A stretch of 64,000 nucleotides of DNA from Squalus acanthias. Lineage: Eukaryota. The position numbers and the translations under genes are program-made. A model generated the notes under the pieces. The model saw only the letters and a list, made by a program, of their open reading frames with translations. It had not been told where the DNA came from and made no database searches. The stretch lies in NCBI GenBank assembly GCA_030390025.1, contig CM059431.1, forward strand, positions 111,912,001 to 111,976,000, in the 5' to 3' direction. How positions within the stretch are numbered: position 1 is the first letter of the stretch; each line of letters starts with the position of its first letter. Positions 37,639 through 50,712 of this stretch are shown piece by piece.

Positions 37639-39772
37639 TGTCAGCCGTGGCTCAGTGGGTAGCACTTTCGCCTCTGAGTCAGAAGGCTCTGGGTTCAAGT
37701 CCCACTCCAGAGACTTGAGCACAAAAAATCAAGGCTGACACTCCAGTGCAGTGCTGAGGGAGTGCTGCACTGTTGGAGGTGCCGTCTTTCAGATGAGATC
37801 TTAAATCAAGGCCCCGTCTGTCCTCTCAGGTGGACGTAAAAGATCCCATGGCACTATTTCGAAGAAGAGCAGGGGGAGTTATCCCTGGTGCCCTAGCCAA
37901 TATTTATCCCTCAATCAACATCACAAAAACAGATTATTTGGTCATTATCATAGAATGGTTACAGCATGGAAGAAGGGCATTCGGCCCATCGAGCCTGTGC
38001 TGGCTCTCTGCAAGAGCACTTCAGCGAGTCCCACTCCCCCACCCTTTCCCCGTAGCCCTGCAAAATTTTTTCTTTCAGGTACTTATCCAACTCCCTTTTG
38101 AAAGCTGTGATTGAGTCTGCCTCCACCGCCCTTTCAGGCAGTGCATTCCAGATCCTAACCACTCGCTGCGCAAAAAAGTTTTTTCTTATGCCACCTTTGG
38201 TTCTTTTGCCAATCACCTTAAATCTGTGTCCTCTGGTTCTCAACCCCACTGCCAATAGGAACAGTTTCTCTCTATCCACTCTGTCCAGACCCCTCATGAT
38301 TTTGAACACCTCTACCAAATCTCCTCTCAATCTTCTCTGCTCTAAGGAGAACAACCCCAGCTTCTCCAGTCTATCCACATAACTCTATACCTCTATTCAT
38401 GAAGCCCAGGATCCCGTAAGCTTTTTTAACTGCTTTCTCAACCTGCCCTGCCACCTTCAACGATTTGTGCACATATACCCCTAGGTCTCTCTGTTCATGC
38501 ACCCCTTTTGGGATTGTATCCTTTAGTTTATATTTCCTCTCCTCATTCTTTCCACCAAAATGTATCACTTTGCATTTTTCTGTGTTAAATTTCATCTGCC
38601 ACGTGTCCGCCCATTCCGCCAGCCTGTCTATGTCCTCTTGAAGTCTATCACTATCCTCCTCACTGTTCACTATACTTCCAAGTTTTGTGTCATCTGCAAA
38701 TTTTGAAATTGTGCCCTGTACACCCACATTCAAGTCATTAATATATATCAAGAAAAGCAGTGGTCCTAGAACCGACCCCGGGGAACACTACTGTATACCC
38801 TCCTCCAGTCTGAAAAACAACCGTTCACCACTACTCTGTTTCCTGTCGCTTAGCTAATTTGTATCCATGCTGCCACTGTCCCTTTTATTCCATGGGCTTC
38901 AACTTTGCTGGCAAGCCTATTATGTGGCACTTTGTCAAACGTCTTTTGGAAATCCATGTACACCACGTCAACTGCATTGCCCTCATCAACCCTCTTGTTA
39001 CCTCATCATCAATAAACTTGATCAAGTTGTTTAAACACGATTTGCCTTTAACAAATCCGTGCTGGCTTTCCTTAATTAATCCATACTTGTCCAAGTGACT
39101 GTTAACTTTGTCCCTGATTATTGTTTCTAAAAGCTTCCCAACTACTGAGGTTAAACTGACTGACCTGTAGTTGCTGGGTTTATCTTCATACCCTTTTTTG
39201 AACAAGGGTGTGACATTTGCAATTCTCCAGTCCTCTGACACCACCCCCGTTTTGAAGGAGGATTGGAAGATTATGGCCAATACCTCCGTGATTTCTTCCT
39301 TCACTTCCCTCAGCGTCCTAGAATGCATTCCATCCGGTCCTGGTGACTTATCTACTTTAAGTACAGCCTCGTACCTCGTCTTTATCAATTTTTATCCCCT
39401 CCATTATCTCCTCTACCTCCTCCTTCACTACGTCTATGGCAGCATCTTCTTCCTTGGTGAAGACAGATGCAAAGTACTCAGTTAGTACCTCAGCCGTGCC
39501 CTCTGCCTCCATGCGTAGGTCTCCTTGTTGGTCCCTAATCGGCCCCACCCCTTCTCTTACTAGCCGTTTACTATTTATATGCCTACAGAAGACTTTTGGA
39601 TTACCTTTTATGTTAGCTGCATAATCACATTGCTTTTTTTGTGGGAGCTTGCTGTGCGCAAATTGGCTGCAGCGTTTCCTACATTACAATAGTGACAATA
39701 CTTCAAAAGCTGTAAAGCGCTTTGGAACGTCCTGAGGTCATGAAAAGCGCTGTTTAAATGCAAGTCTTTCTT
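37639..39772 (+). mobile_element. Deu SINE (37639-37950 and 39621-39772) split by a CR1 insertion
   Basis: SINE sequence breaks at CATTATCA and resumes at CATAATCACATTGCT. Confidence 0.88.
37950..39620 (-). mobile_element. CR1 LINE, 5'-truncated, nested in a SINE
   Basis: KSPGPDG, NYRSVSLTSVVGK, SKFADDTKL and FFAQRVV motifs across frameshifted ORFs. Confidence 0.93.
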
Positions 39773-39954
39773 TCATTCTTTGGGGTTAGTACAGTGCTCT
39801 GATAATCTGGGGTCAGTACGGTGCGCTGATACAGACTGACCGCAGTTTGCTTTTTGCATCTGAATCTTTGTAAACCTAGCTCTATTTCCGTTTGCAACAA
39901 TCAAGGGCTTTTAAAATGCCAACAACAGAATTTCAGTTAGACATAACAGAGCAA

Positions 39955-40130
39955 AAAGGGGGGGCGGGAGGTGGATTGGCGCCGTGCTGTGATACTGTGT
40001 TGGGTTTTTGAGGCTGGGTTGTGTTTCTCATTACCATGCAATGGGGCGGGTGGAAGGTTTGAGTGACAGGCCGGGCGGGTTAGCGGAACTGTTTAGCGAC
40101 TGATGCTTCTCCCGGGAGACTCAGGTGAGA
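39955..40130 (+). promoter_or_regulatory. Putative LMO7 promoter / non-coding first exon
   Basis: Non-repeat, CpG-enriched stretch with GC boxes (GGGGCGGG at ~39961 and ~40043; GGGCGGG at ~40073) and a CAG|GTGAGA donor at 40124/40125, about 650 bp upstream of the LMO7 ATG. Confidence 0.55.
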
Positions 40131-40778
40131 AGTCACGCGAGTGTGTGGGGAAGTGTTAGCCCCATCCCCAGGATATGGGAGAGAGAACATCCGAAAATAA
40201 CTAGTTCCAAGTGTCCACAGGTGGAGGTGAAGACCAGGTGAGACAGACTGCGGGGCTTGCCCAAGTTAAACTTGCCTTCCCAATGCAACAAGTGATCGGG
40301 AAATCTTAAGGGGAAATTAAAGCGGCTTGATTTTTAAAAACAAAAACAAAATGCTTCTTTAAACCCGGTGGAGAGGAGCAGGTGGCCAGAGTGTGCAAAC
40401 TGTCTCCTGGATATGGGACAAAAATGATCAGGTGGCTTCTCCTAGTTTTTGCACTTGGGATGTTTTGATTCAGTCACCGGGAGGAGGAGGAGTGGGGACA
40501 CATTCTATTGGAGAAAAGTCCAGCTCCGCACTCCCGAGTAAGACTTGCTGTCAACCCACCTAAAAGTCAGCTTTAAAGCGAGTTACAGCGCCGTTTCCCA
40601 GCCTTGTGGCTGCAACTGTGCCACTAGTCGGCTGCAAAAATCGTCTGACCTCCTCTCACTTCATTTTTAATTGCAACTGCATTCTTCGCCAGTTCTAACC
40701 TTGTGGTTTAGCAAAGGTGTTGGGTTAAAAAATAACTTTGTGTTTTTTGTTGTTGTTGAAATATTTGCTTACCTAGCG

Positions 40779-40829
40779 ATGGATCCTGATCATGTGTTGG
40801 CATTCGGTGAAGCTCAGCGATGGCTGGAG
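40779..40829 (+). CDS. LMO7: LIM domain only 7, first coding exon (start of calponin-homology domain)
   Basis: MDPDHVLAFGEAQRWLE followed by a GAG|GTGAGT donor; matches the LMO7 AFAEAQRWVE motif. LMO7 follows UCHL3 in vertebrate synteny. Too short to appear in the ORF track. Confidence 0.85.
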
Positions 40830-41820
40830 GTGAGTTCATGAGTTTTTCTAGATTTTTAAGTATTTGGAATTTTAAATATTGTAATTTCAGTCACTTTTTA
40901 AAAAAAAAAACCAAATATGACCAGTTTTGGTAGATATTTCATTCTGGCGCATTATCAGTACAGAAAAATAAGGAATCCTTTGGTCCTGAGTCAGAATCGC
41001 GTTTGGTCCGACTCAAAACTTTAAAAGACTCTGATGCTGCATTTTCTGTGGATTCCTACTTTTTTGTTATCCGTGAGCGCATCTTTTGGTTTTTAAAAGC
41101 ACCACTGAAAGTTTACTGGACTCAGTGAAAAGTTTTTACTGGTTATTGATTTTTCCATTCAGGAAATGATTGATTGGAGTGCAGTTCCCCCAGGGCTCAT
41201 TAGCTATTCCTGAAAGTATGCTTATCTCGTTAATCTTGCGACGAGATTTTTGTGTGTCAAAGAGGCAAGGTTTCGTAGTTGGATGTGCGTGTGGGGTTTT
41301 TTTTTTGAAGCGGCCTTTTTTCCCTACTCTTTGCCTGCAAATTTGATTAGCACTTTGGCAATTGGATAGGTAGATCAATAGGAATTGATCAGTAGAATGC
41401 AATACTGCGTCAATACATGTGCAGTTGTTTGGGTTTGTGAATAGGTAATTAAAGAAATGTTTTTTATCCTTTCGCACAACTGAAATCTCTTAAAAGGGAG
41501 GTAAATTATTTTAAGGGCAGATACATTTACCATTGTTATATGTAACTCCAGTGTCCTGATGCACCTAAGTAAATGGTGTCAAAGCTAATATAGCTCACTT
41601 GTTTGTGAGTCGATTTCATTTTATTGACAACCCGGTTCAAGTCATAAAATTGATTTACAAGTTACAAAACTAAAGGTGTGGAATATGGCTCAGGAGCTGA
41701 TTTCAATACCACTTATTTTGGGCCTTTTCCTGAGTTGTAGAATTTCAAAGGATTGTGCGAGAGCGGGAACATGGATTGTGTGGAAACTAACTCCTATTCT
41801 CCAGCTATTGATTTAAAAAA

Positions 41821-42360
41821 AAAGAAGGACTTGCATTCCCAAAGCACTTCGCAGCAAATGAAGCACTTTTGAAGTGTAGTCACTTTTGTAATGTAGGAAA
41901 GGCGGCAGTCACTTTGCGCACAGTGAGATCCCACAAACAGCAATGAGATAATGACCAGATAATCTGTTTTAATATAAAAACAGAAAATGCTGGAAACACT
42001 CAGCAGGTCAGGCAGCATCTGTGGAGAGAGAGAAACAGAGTTAACGTTTCAGGTCGATGACCCTTCGTAATCTGTTTTAATGAAGTGGGTTGAGGCATAA
42101 ATATTGGCCAGGACACTGGGGGAAAACTACCCTGCTCTTCTTCGAAATAGAGACATGGGATCATTTATGTTTACCTGAAAGAGCAGACGGGGGCCTTGGT
42201 TTAACATCTCATCCGAAAGACGGCACCTCAGACGGTGCAGCACTCCCTCAGTTCTGCACTGGAGTGTCAGCCTAGATTATGTGCTCAAATCTCGAGTGGG
42301 GCATGAACCCACAACCTTCTGATTCAGAGAGGTGGGAGTGCTACCCACTGAGCCATGGCT
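41821..42360 (-). mobile_element. Deu SINE with a nested Penelope pLTR fragment (41974-42067)
   Basis: SINE reverse complement; insert flanked by a 14-bp TSD TAATCTGTTTTAAT (41960-41973, 42068-42081). Confidence 0.85.
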
Positions 42361-42650
42361 TATTAAGAAGTGGTTATTGGTATTGATGAATCTGTCTATT
42401 CACTGTGGTGTTACCTTGTAACTGGGGTTGTTAACAATGCAGAGAACTGAAGATGAGAGCAATGATAAGGGAAAAAGATGGAGGCTCTTCAATACCTCAG
42501 CAGCTGTTGTGTCCATGGGCTGTGTTGAGGTCTGGAGCTGAGGAGTTCTGGCAGAACCAGAACTGAATGTTGGCGAGTCGGTGTCGTTTGGCACTATTGA
42601 TGACTTTGTCTGTCACTTTATTGACAGGGTAGTAATTTGCTGGTACAAAA

Positions 42651-42784
42651 AGAAAATACTGCAGATGCTGGAAATCTGAAATAAAAACAGAAAATGCTGG
42701 AGATACTCAGCAGGTCAGGCAGCATCTGTGAAGAGAGAGAAACAGAGTTCACGTTTCAGGTCGATGACCTTTCGTCAGAACTAG
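42651..42784 (-). mobile_element. Penelope pseudo-LTR with hammerhead motif (42746-42782)
   Basis: Near-identical to 16911-17030. Minus strand AGUU-CUGACGA-A-AGGUC-AUC-GACCU-GAAA-CGUG-AACU. Confidence 0.8.
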
Positions 42785-43880
42785 TGTGAAACTAGTTGAC
42801 TGGAGATTGGCATCTATGATGGTGGGGAATTTGGGAGGAGGCATAGTAAGGTTGGCCACTTGGCTGAAAATACTTGTGAACACTTCAGCCTTGTCACTTG
42901 CACTCATATGCTGGGCTGCACCATGGTTGAGGATGTTGATGTTCATGGTGTCTTCTTCTGTTAGTTGCCTTGCCGAGCGCCATAGTTGACTGGATCTGTA
43001 GAGCTGAGAGCCTTGCTCTGATCCATTGGTTGTGGTACTGCTTAGGTTTGTCTCAAGCCTGCTGCTTTTGGTGTTTAGCATGCATGTAGCTCTTTGTTGT
43101 AGTTTCACTAGATTGGTACCTGTGATGCGGCTGGTGCTGCCCCTGGTACTCCCTTCTAGACACCCCATTGACCAGGGTTGGTTTCCCCGCTCGATGGTGT
43201 TCGAGAAGTGAGGAATATGCTGGGCCACAGCACTTGTAGATGCCCAGTTGTGGGCTGGTCAATCTCTCCTTGGTCAGTCCCACTTAGCACAGTGGCAGTG
43301 CCACATTGCACAATGGAGGAGGTCTTCACAGAAGACCAGACTTTGCCTTCCCAAGGACTGTATGCTGGGAATCCGAACACTGCTATCATGGATAGATGTG
43401 TCTGTGACATGTTGGTGACGATGAGGTCAAGTAGGTTACTCCCTTGTGTTATTTCCCTTATCACCTGATGCAGGCCCAATCTGGCAATTATGTCCATCAG
43501 GACTTGGTCAGCTCATTCAGTGATAGTAGTACTCGGCCGCTCTTGATTAGGGACTTCAATGTCTACCATCTAGAGTGCATTCTGTGCTCTGCTTCCCTTG
43601 GTGTTTCCTCCAAGTTCAACATGGAGGAGTACTGATTTGTTCTTTGAGGTGGAGGTGGTAATTGGTGATCAGCAAGAGGTTTCCTTGACCTTGTTTTATC
43701 TGAATTAATTAGACTTCATGGGGTTTGGAGTCAATGTTGAAGACTCCAAGGTCACTCCTACCTGACTGTGTACCACTGTGCCCCACCTCTAGTGGGAGAA
43801 TCCTGCTTTTGGACAGGACATACCCAGGGGTGATGGAGGTGTCTGGGATTTTGGCGGAGAGATATGATTGTGAATACAAC
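42785..43880 (-). mobile_element. Degenerate LINE (endonuclease-to-RT region, probably Zenon-like)
   Basis: LGLHQVIREITQGSNLLDLIV and SASDKAEVFTSIFSQ remnants. Confidence 0.65.
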
Positions 43881-43889
43881 TATGTCATA

Positions 43890-44050
43890 CTATTCCTCCC
43901 CCCCAGCCTCCCCCTTGCATTTTTATCTGTTTAATTTCCTGCTCTTCTCTCAGTTCCGATGAAGGGTTTCGACCTGAAACGTTAACTCTGTTTCTCTCTC
44001 CACGGATGTTGCCTGGCCTGCTGAGTTTTTCCAGCGTTTTCTGTTGGTAT
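43890..44050 (+). mobile_element. Penelope pseudo-LTR fragment with mutated hammerhead (43952-43987)
   Basis: AGUU-CCGAUGA-A-GGGUU-UC-GACCU-GAAA-CGUU-AACU followed by the same pLTR sequence. Confidence 0.75.
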
Positions 44051-46182
44051 GTCATACTATTGCTTGACTAGTCTGTGGGTAAATTCTCCCATCTTGGGCA
44101 TCAGCCCCCAAATGTTTAGTGTGAAGGATTTTGCAGGATCAGCTGGGCTGAGTCAATACCCGAGTTGTTGCTAAGTCTGTCATGGCGAATGGAGGGCCAA
44201 ATGCTCGGCAGTTAGGAGTTTGAAAGTGACTTTGGGGAAGTTTATTTGAAGGGCAGTCACAGAGGTAAGTGGGGTTGGAAGATGGTAGGGGCCTTGTAGG
44301 TGGTAAGGGATACAAGAATTGGTTGGAGATGGCCTTGTCTATGATTAAAACAATAGTAGTAGAGAGGCCATGTGAATTGGCAGGGTTGAGGTGCCCATGT
44401 TTATAGGTGGGAGAAGAGGTTAAGGGGAGGACATGAGGGCAGTGAAATCAGATGAGAGAGGGCACAGGACATTTAAGTGGAGATGTAAATGATCAAGGAG
44501 GAGGAATTGCTTGGTGCAGAGGCTGAGAAACGTGGGAATTGATGTTGAGAGTCACACCAACACTACTACAACAATTTGGGCAGGGAAGATGGTGGAAAGT
44601 ATAGCCAGGTGGGGAAGCTAAATGCACCTACTAGAATGCTAATCAATCCTTCTTAATCCAGATGCAGTACATACATTTAATACTACTCCATAAAATTATT
44701 CAGCTACAAAACGGTCATGAAGTAGAATTTCCTACAGAGTGGTGAGAATTGGTGTTCAGTTACTATGATCCAATTAAACAAGCACCAGGCCTTGCAATCT
44801 CTGGTCTTCCTCTTCTTTATCCCCATCCAACCTTCTTCCACCTTCCCCTTGCCACCCTGCTCCTTCGCCACCCCGCTCCTTCCCACCCCCTCCCCCCCCC
44901 GGTTCAATTTTGGTATTTTGTGAGGAAAGATGGCTTCCATTTTAACTGTAGCTTTTTCAAAATACTGTATGAAATAGACAAATTTCCTGTATTTTGTTGC
45001 ATCTGTGTCTGAAACCCCATCCCTTTTGTGATGTGAACTCCAAAATCCGGAATGCTTTCCTGACTAACTCCTAGAGTTGGAGTGGTAGCCTGTAGTCCTG
45101 AAGTGAGATGCAAAGACTGACTGACATACTATTTGGTCTCTGAGCCAACTGGATACAGTCTTTTTTTCCAGAAACAGAACTGAAGGATCGAGTGTCGAAT
45201 TGGCGTGTTAGATGCTGAGAGTTGTAATCCTAGTTGCTGGGGACCTACAGGAGTGAGACAACATGCTGCAGAGCTGATCCCTGACACTCAGGTTGTTCAG
45301 AGGAGTTGGGAAGCAGAGGCTAGTGCGAGCCAAGGTGTGGAGACCAATGGGTTTCCAGAAGGCTTGGAATGAAGTTTAACTAACTTTAGAAAGCGAGGAA
45401 AGGCTGAATTAGGGGTGTTTCATGTTTTGGGTACATACCCTTCATTAGTAACTATCTTTCAAATTTATGGACACTGACCTCTGTATTTCCAGCATTTTCT
45501 GTTTTCTAATTTCTGTCATTTTGCTGTTTTTCCCTTTTTTAATTTAAGGGCAATTGTGATATACTATAGTTACAAAACGTAGTATTGCACGGTATATTAT
45601 AATTTTGTTCATAATTGGATGTACATATACAATTATAAGGATAGATATTGCAACAATAATATGTATATTTATTTCTGATCATCTATTCCATTTAATTGTT
45701 TGAAGGGAGCACATTTATATTCCTCATCTAGCTATGTTGTGTGAGGGACACTTACCCTCCGATCCACTCATTTTGCATAATGAAACAATGAATAAAGATA
45801 ATTCAGTAATTTGCTTCAGACCTTTTAAAATAAATAATAATGACATGGCCTATTATTTTGAAACTTGGATTGACAGTTTCTGTGGTGTCTTATACTCTGA
45901 TATGCATGGAATGCAGTAGTGATGCAGCTAGTTGGCATACATAATCTAAACGATTATATTATAATGAGAGATTTAATGGATGAGTACTCTGGTATCTAAC
46001 CAAATCTACTGGAATGTATGAGTTTGTCAAACTCTTTCTAAAACCAGGTTTCAAACATTGAGAAGTATCTGGGTCTCCTGTAAGCTCCTTAACCCTTTTC
46101 CATTCGTGACTTCAGACACTTTTATTGCTGTTGGGGTCCTGGGATAGTGGCGCTCTCCCAGATTGCTTTTTACTCTGCTGTT

Positions 46183-46693
46183 TTTTAAATTTGTTTATGG
46201 GATGTGGGCGTCGCTGGCAAGGCCAGCATTTATTGCCCATCCCTAATTGCCCTTGAGAAGGTGGTGGTGAGCTGCCGCCTTGAACTGCTGCAGTCCGTTT
46301 GGTGAAGGTACTCCCACAGTGCTGTTGGGGAGGGAGTTCCAGGATTTTGACCTAGCGACAATGAAGGAACGGCGATATACTTCTAAGTCAGGATGGTTTG
46401 TGACTTGGAGGGGAACTTGGAGATGGTGGTGTTCCCATGCGCCTGCTGCCCTTGTCCTTCTAGGTGGAAGAGGTCGCGGGTTTGGGAGGTGCTGCCGAAG
46501 AAGCCTTGGCAAGTTGCTGCAGTGCATCTTGTAGATGGTGTACACTGCAGCCACGGTACGCCGGTGGTGGAGGGAGTGAATGTTTAAGGTGGTGGATAGG
46601 TTGTCAATCAAGCGGGCTGCTTTGTCCTGGATGGTGTCGAGCTTCTTTAGTGTTGTTGGAGCTGCACTCATCCAGGCAAGTGGAGAGTATTCC
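46183..46693 (-). mobile_element. Zenon-like CR1-group LINE 3' fragment
   Basis: Closely similar to 25385-25880. Confidence 0.8.
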
Positions 46694-46854
46694 CATCTCT
46701 TCGTGGAGCCTGGTTGACGTCCCAATGTCGCATTGCGTTGTGCTCCTATTTGCTACCACTCTGCAAAATTCGCAGTGTTACCACTGATGCAGCACAAAGA
46801 AAGGGCCTGGGAATCATTTTGCATAACTTATGATGTACAATGCATACTCAGGGT

Positions 46855-48267
46855 ACATAGAACATAGAACATAGAACAGTACAGCACAGTACAGGCCCTT
46901 CGGCCCTCGATGTTGTGCCGAGCATTGTCCGAGACCAAGATCAAGCTATCACACTCCCTATCACTCTGGTGTGCTCCATGTGCTTATCCAATAACCGCTT
47001 GAAAGTTCTTAAAGTGTCCGACTCCACTATCACAGCAGGCAGTCCATTCCACACCCCAACCACTCTCTGAGTAAAGAATCTACCTCGGACATCCCTTCTA
47101 TATCTCCCCCCATGCACCTTATAGTTATGCCCCCTTGTAACAGCTGCCTCTACCCGAGGAAATAGTCTCTGAACATCCACTCTATCTATCCCCCTCATCA
47201 TCTTATAAACCTCTATTAAGTCGCCTCTCATCCTCCTCCGCTCTAAAGAGAAAAGCCCCAACTCCCTCAATCTTTCCTCATAAGACCTCCCGCCCAAACC
47301 AGGCAGCATCCTGGTAAATCTCCTTTGCACTCTTTCCAATGCTTCCACGTCCTTCCTATAGTGAGGTGACCAGAACTGCGCACAATATTCCAAATGTGGT
47401 CTCACCAAGGTCCTGTACAGTTGCAGCATAACCTCACGGTTCTTAAACTCAAAACCTCTGTTAATAAACGCCAACACACCATAGGCCTTCTTTACTGCTC
47501 TATCCACTTGAGTGGCAACCTTCAGAGATCTGTGGATATGAACCCCCAGATCCCTCTGCTCCTCCACGTTCCTCAGAACCCTGCCGTTGACCCTGTAATC
47601 CTTATTCAAATTTGCCCTACCAAAATGAATCACCTCGCACTTATCAGGGTTAAATTCCATCTGCCATTTTTCAGCCCAGCTCTGCATCCTATCAATGTCT
47701 CTTTGCAGCCTACAACTGCCCTCCACCTCATCCACTACTCCACCAATCTTGGTGTCATCAGCAAATTTACTGATCCACCCTTCAGTCCCCTCCTCCAAGT
47801 CATTGATAAAAATCACAAACAGCAGAGGACCCAGCACCGACCCCTGTGGCACACCGCTGGTAACTGGTCTCCAGTCCGAAAATGTTCCATCCACCACCAC
47901 CCTCTGCCTTCTATGAGATAGCCAGTTACTTATCCAATCGGCCAAATTTCCCTCTATCCCACAACTCCTTACTTTCTTCATGAGACGACCATGGGGAACC
48001 TTATCAAACGCCTTACTAAAATCCATGTATACGACATCAACTGCTCTACCTTCATCTACACACTTAGTTACCTCCTCAAAGAATTCAATCAAATTTGTTA
48101 GGCAAGGCTTACCCTTCATGAATCCGTGTTGACTATCCCTGATTAAGTTGCCCCTTTCCAAATGGTCATAAATCCTATCCCTCAGGACCTTTTCCATTAT
48201 CTTACCAACCACCGAAGTAAGACTAACCGGCCTATAATTACCAGGGTCATTCCTATTTCCTTTCTTG
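46855..48267 (-). mobile_element. CR1 LINE, 5'-truncated, with uninterrupted RT reading frame
   Basis: About 440 codons open from KKGNRNDPGNYRPVSLTS through FADDTK to the stop at 46941; (TTCTATG)n tail. Confidence 0.95.
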
Positions 48268-48382
48268 GTAGATCTGCGAATCATCACAACTTGACACAGT
48301 TGTACATTGACGCACATGTTGAGGTGTGCAGAGCTAGCCCCGTGTGCCATTGGAATTGTGGAAGTTGAATCATTCATACCAG

Positions 48383-48604
48383 GGCACTTTCAAACCTTCT
48401 GGACTTAACATTGAATTCAACAATTTCAGATCATAACCTGCTCCCATTTCTTTGGACAGTGGGTGCTGGTAATGATTCTGCTGTTGCCATTTACAGCTCC
48501 TCTAGACCCATCTTTTGTTTCTTTACTTGACCCATTATCACCCCCTTTTGCTTTGCACCATCATCCATTTTGTCATTGAAATCACTCCTGCCTTCCACCC
48601 TATC
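48383..48604 (+). mobile_element. Penelope-like element fragment (continues at ~50717-50790 after the CR1 insertion)
   Basis: GTFKPSGLNIEFNNFRS*, then sequence matching the reverse complement of 17070-17290. Confidence 0.8.
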
Positions 48605-50712
48605 ACATAGAAACATAGAAACATAGAAACATAGAAACATAGAAACATAGAAACATAGAAACATAGAAACATAGAAACATAGAAGCAGGAGTAGGCCATT
48701 CGGCCCCTCGAGCCTGCTCCGCCATTCGATGAGATCATGGCTGATCATCTAAACTCAGTACCCTGTACCTGCCTTCTCCCCATATCCCTTGATACCTTTA
48801 GCTTTAAGAAATATATCTAACTCATTCTTGAATATATTTAATGACTTGGCCTCAACTACCTTCTGTGGTAGAGAATTCCACAGGTTCACCACTCTCTGGG
48901 TGAAGAAATTCTTCCTCATTTCTGTCCTAAATGGTTTACCCGTTATCCGTAGATTATGACCCCTGGTTCTGGACTCTCCGACCATCGGGAACATTCTTCC
49001 TGCATCTAGTTTGTCCAGACCTGTCAGAATTTTATATGTTTCGATGAGATCCCCTCTCATTCTTCTATACTCCAGTGAGTATAAGCCCAATCGACCCAAT
49101 CTCTCCTCCTATGTCATTCCTGCCATCCCAGGTATCAGCCTTGTGAATCTTCGCTGAACTCCTTCCATGGCAAGAACATCCTTCCTCAGATAAGGCGACC
49201 AAAATTGCACACAGTACTCAAGGTGTGGTCTCACCAAGGCCCTGTACAACTGCAGCAGGACATCCCTGTTCCTATACTCAAACCCTTTCGCTATGAAGGC
49301 CAACATACCATTTGCCTTCTTCACCGCCTGCTGCACCTGCATGCTTACTTTCAGCGACTGGTGCACAAGGACACCCAGGTCTCGTTGCACTTCCCCTTCT
49401 CCCAATCTATTGCCATTCAGATAATAGTCTGCCTTTCTGTTTTTGACACCAAAGTGGATAACCTCGCACTTATCCACGTTATATTGCATCTGCCACGCTT
49501 CTGCCCACTCACCCAACCTGTCCAGATCATCCTGGAGTTTCTCGGTATCCTCCTCGCTGCACACACTCCCACCCAGCTTTATGTCATCTGCAAACTTGGA
49601 GATATTACATTTAATTCCCTTATCTAGATCATTAATGTATATTGTGAATAGCTGGGGTCCAAGGACCGATCCCTGCAGGTACCCCACTAGTCACTGCTTG
49701 CCACTCGGAAAAAGACCCATTAATTCCTACTCTCTGCTTTCTGTCCGCCAACCAGTTCTCTATCCAAGTCAATACCTTGCCCCCAATCCCATGTGCCTTA
49801 ACTTTACCCACTAATCTCTTATGCGGGACCTTATCGAATGCCTTTTGAAAGTCCAAATACACCACATCTACTGGTTCTCCCTTATCTATTTTCCCAGTTA
49901 CATCCTCAAAAAATTCCAGTAGATTAGTCAAGCACGATTTACCTTTTGTAAATCCATGTTGACTTTGTCCGATCCTGTCACTGTTTTTCAAATGCTCAGC
50001 TATTACATCCTTTATAATGGACTCTAGCATTTTCCCCACTACCGATGTCAGGCTTACCGGTCTGTAATTCCCCGCTTTCTCTCTACCACCCTTTTTGAAT
50101 AGTGGGGTAACATTAGCTACCCTCCAATCCATGGGTACAGTTCCAGATTCCATCGAATGTTGGAAGATGATCAGCAATGCATTACTATTTCTAGGGCCAC
50201 TTCCTTAAGTACCCTAGGATGTAGATTATCAGGCCCTGGGGATTTATCGGCCTTCAATACCGTCAATTTCCCTAACACCATTTCCCTGCAAATACTGATT
50301 TCTTTCAGTTCCTCCCTTTCATCAGACCGTATGTTCTCCAACATCTCTGGGAGGTTATTTGTGTCCTCCTTTGTGAAGACAGAACCAAAATATGCATTTA
50401 ATTGGGCTGCCATTTCTTTGTTCCCCATTATAACTTCCCCCGCTTCTGACTGCAAGGGACCTACACTTGATTTCACTAATCTTTTTCTCTTCACATATCT
50501 ATAAAAGCTCTTACAGTCAGTTTTTATGTTCCCAGCAAGCTTACTTTCATATTCTATTTTCCCCTTCTTAATTAATCCCTTTGTCCTCCTTTGTTGAATC
50601 CTAAACTGTTCCCAATCCTCAGGGCTACCGCTTTTTCTGGCCAATTTATATGCCCTCTCCTTGGATCTTATGCTATCCCTAATTTCCCTTGTTAGCCACG
50701 GTTGAGTCACCC
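48605..50712 (-). mobile_element. CR1 LINE, 5'-truncated, with ~10 copies of an 8-bp (TTTCTATG) tail, nested in Penelope
   Basis: PWLT..., KSPGPD, NYRPVSLTS, DFQKAFDKV and FADD motifs in four frameshifted ORFs; TATCACA on both flanks. Confidence 0.95.

Noticed and set aside
2129..40829. Alternative assignment as the paralogous UCHL1-LIMCH1 pair
   Set aside because: Peptides match UCHL3 ([26 protein letters not shown]) and LMO7 (EAQRW) better.
44253..44270. GCAGTCACAGAG|GTAAGT reading AVTE, like the start of LMO7 exon 2
   Set aside because: No in-phase acceptor, only 12 nt long, and it lies in an L2-like remnant similar to 29230-29350.
48268..48377. N-terminal extension of the 478-aa ORF as a host-RT fusion gene
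   Set aside because: Chance open frame in flanking DNA beyond the LINE truncation; no splice or promoter support.
48605..48684. Regular 8-bp repeat array
   Set aside because: CR1 3' tail microsatellite with no spacers; not CRISPR.
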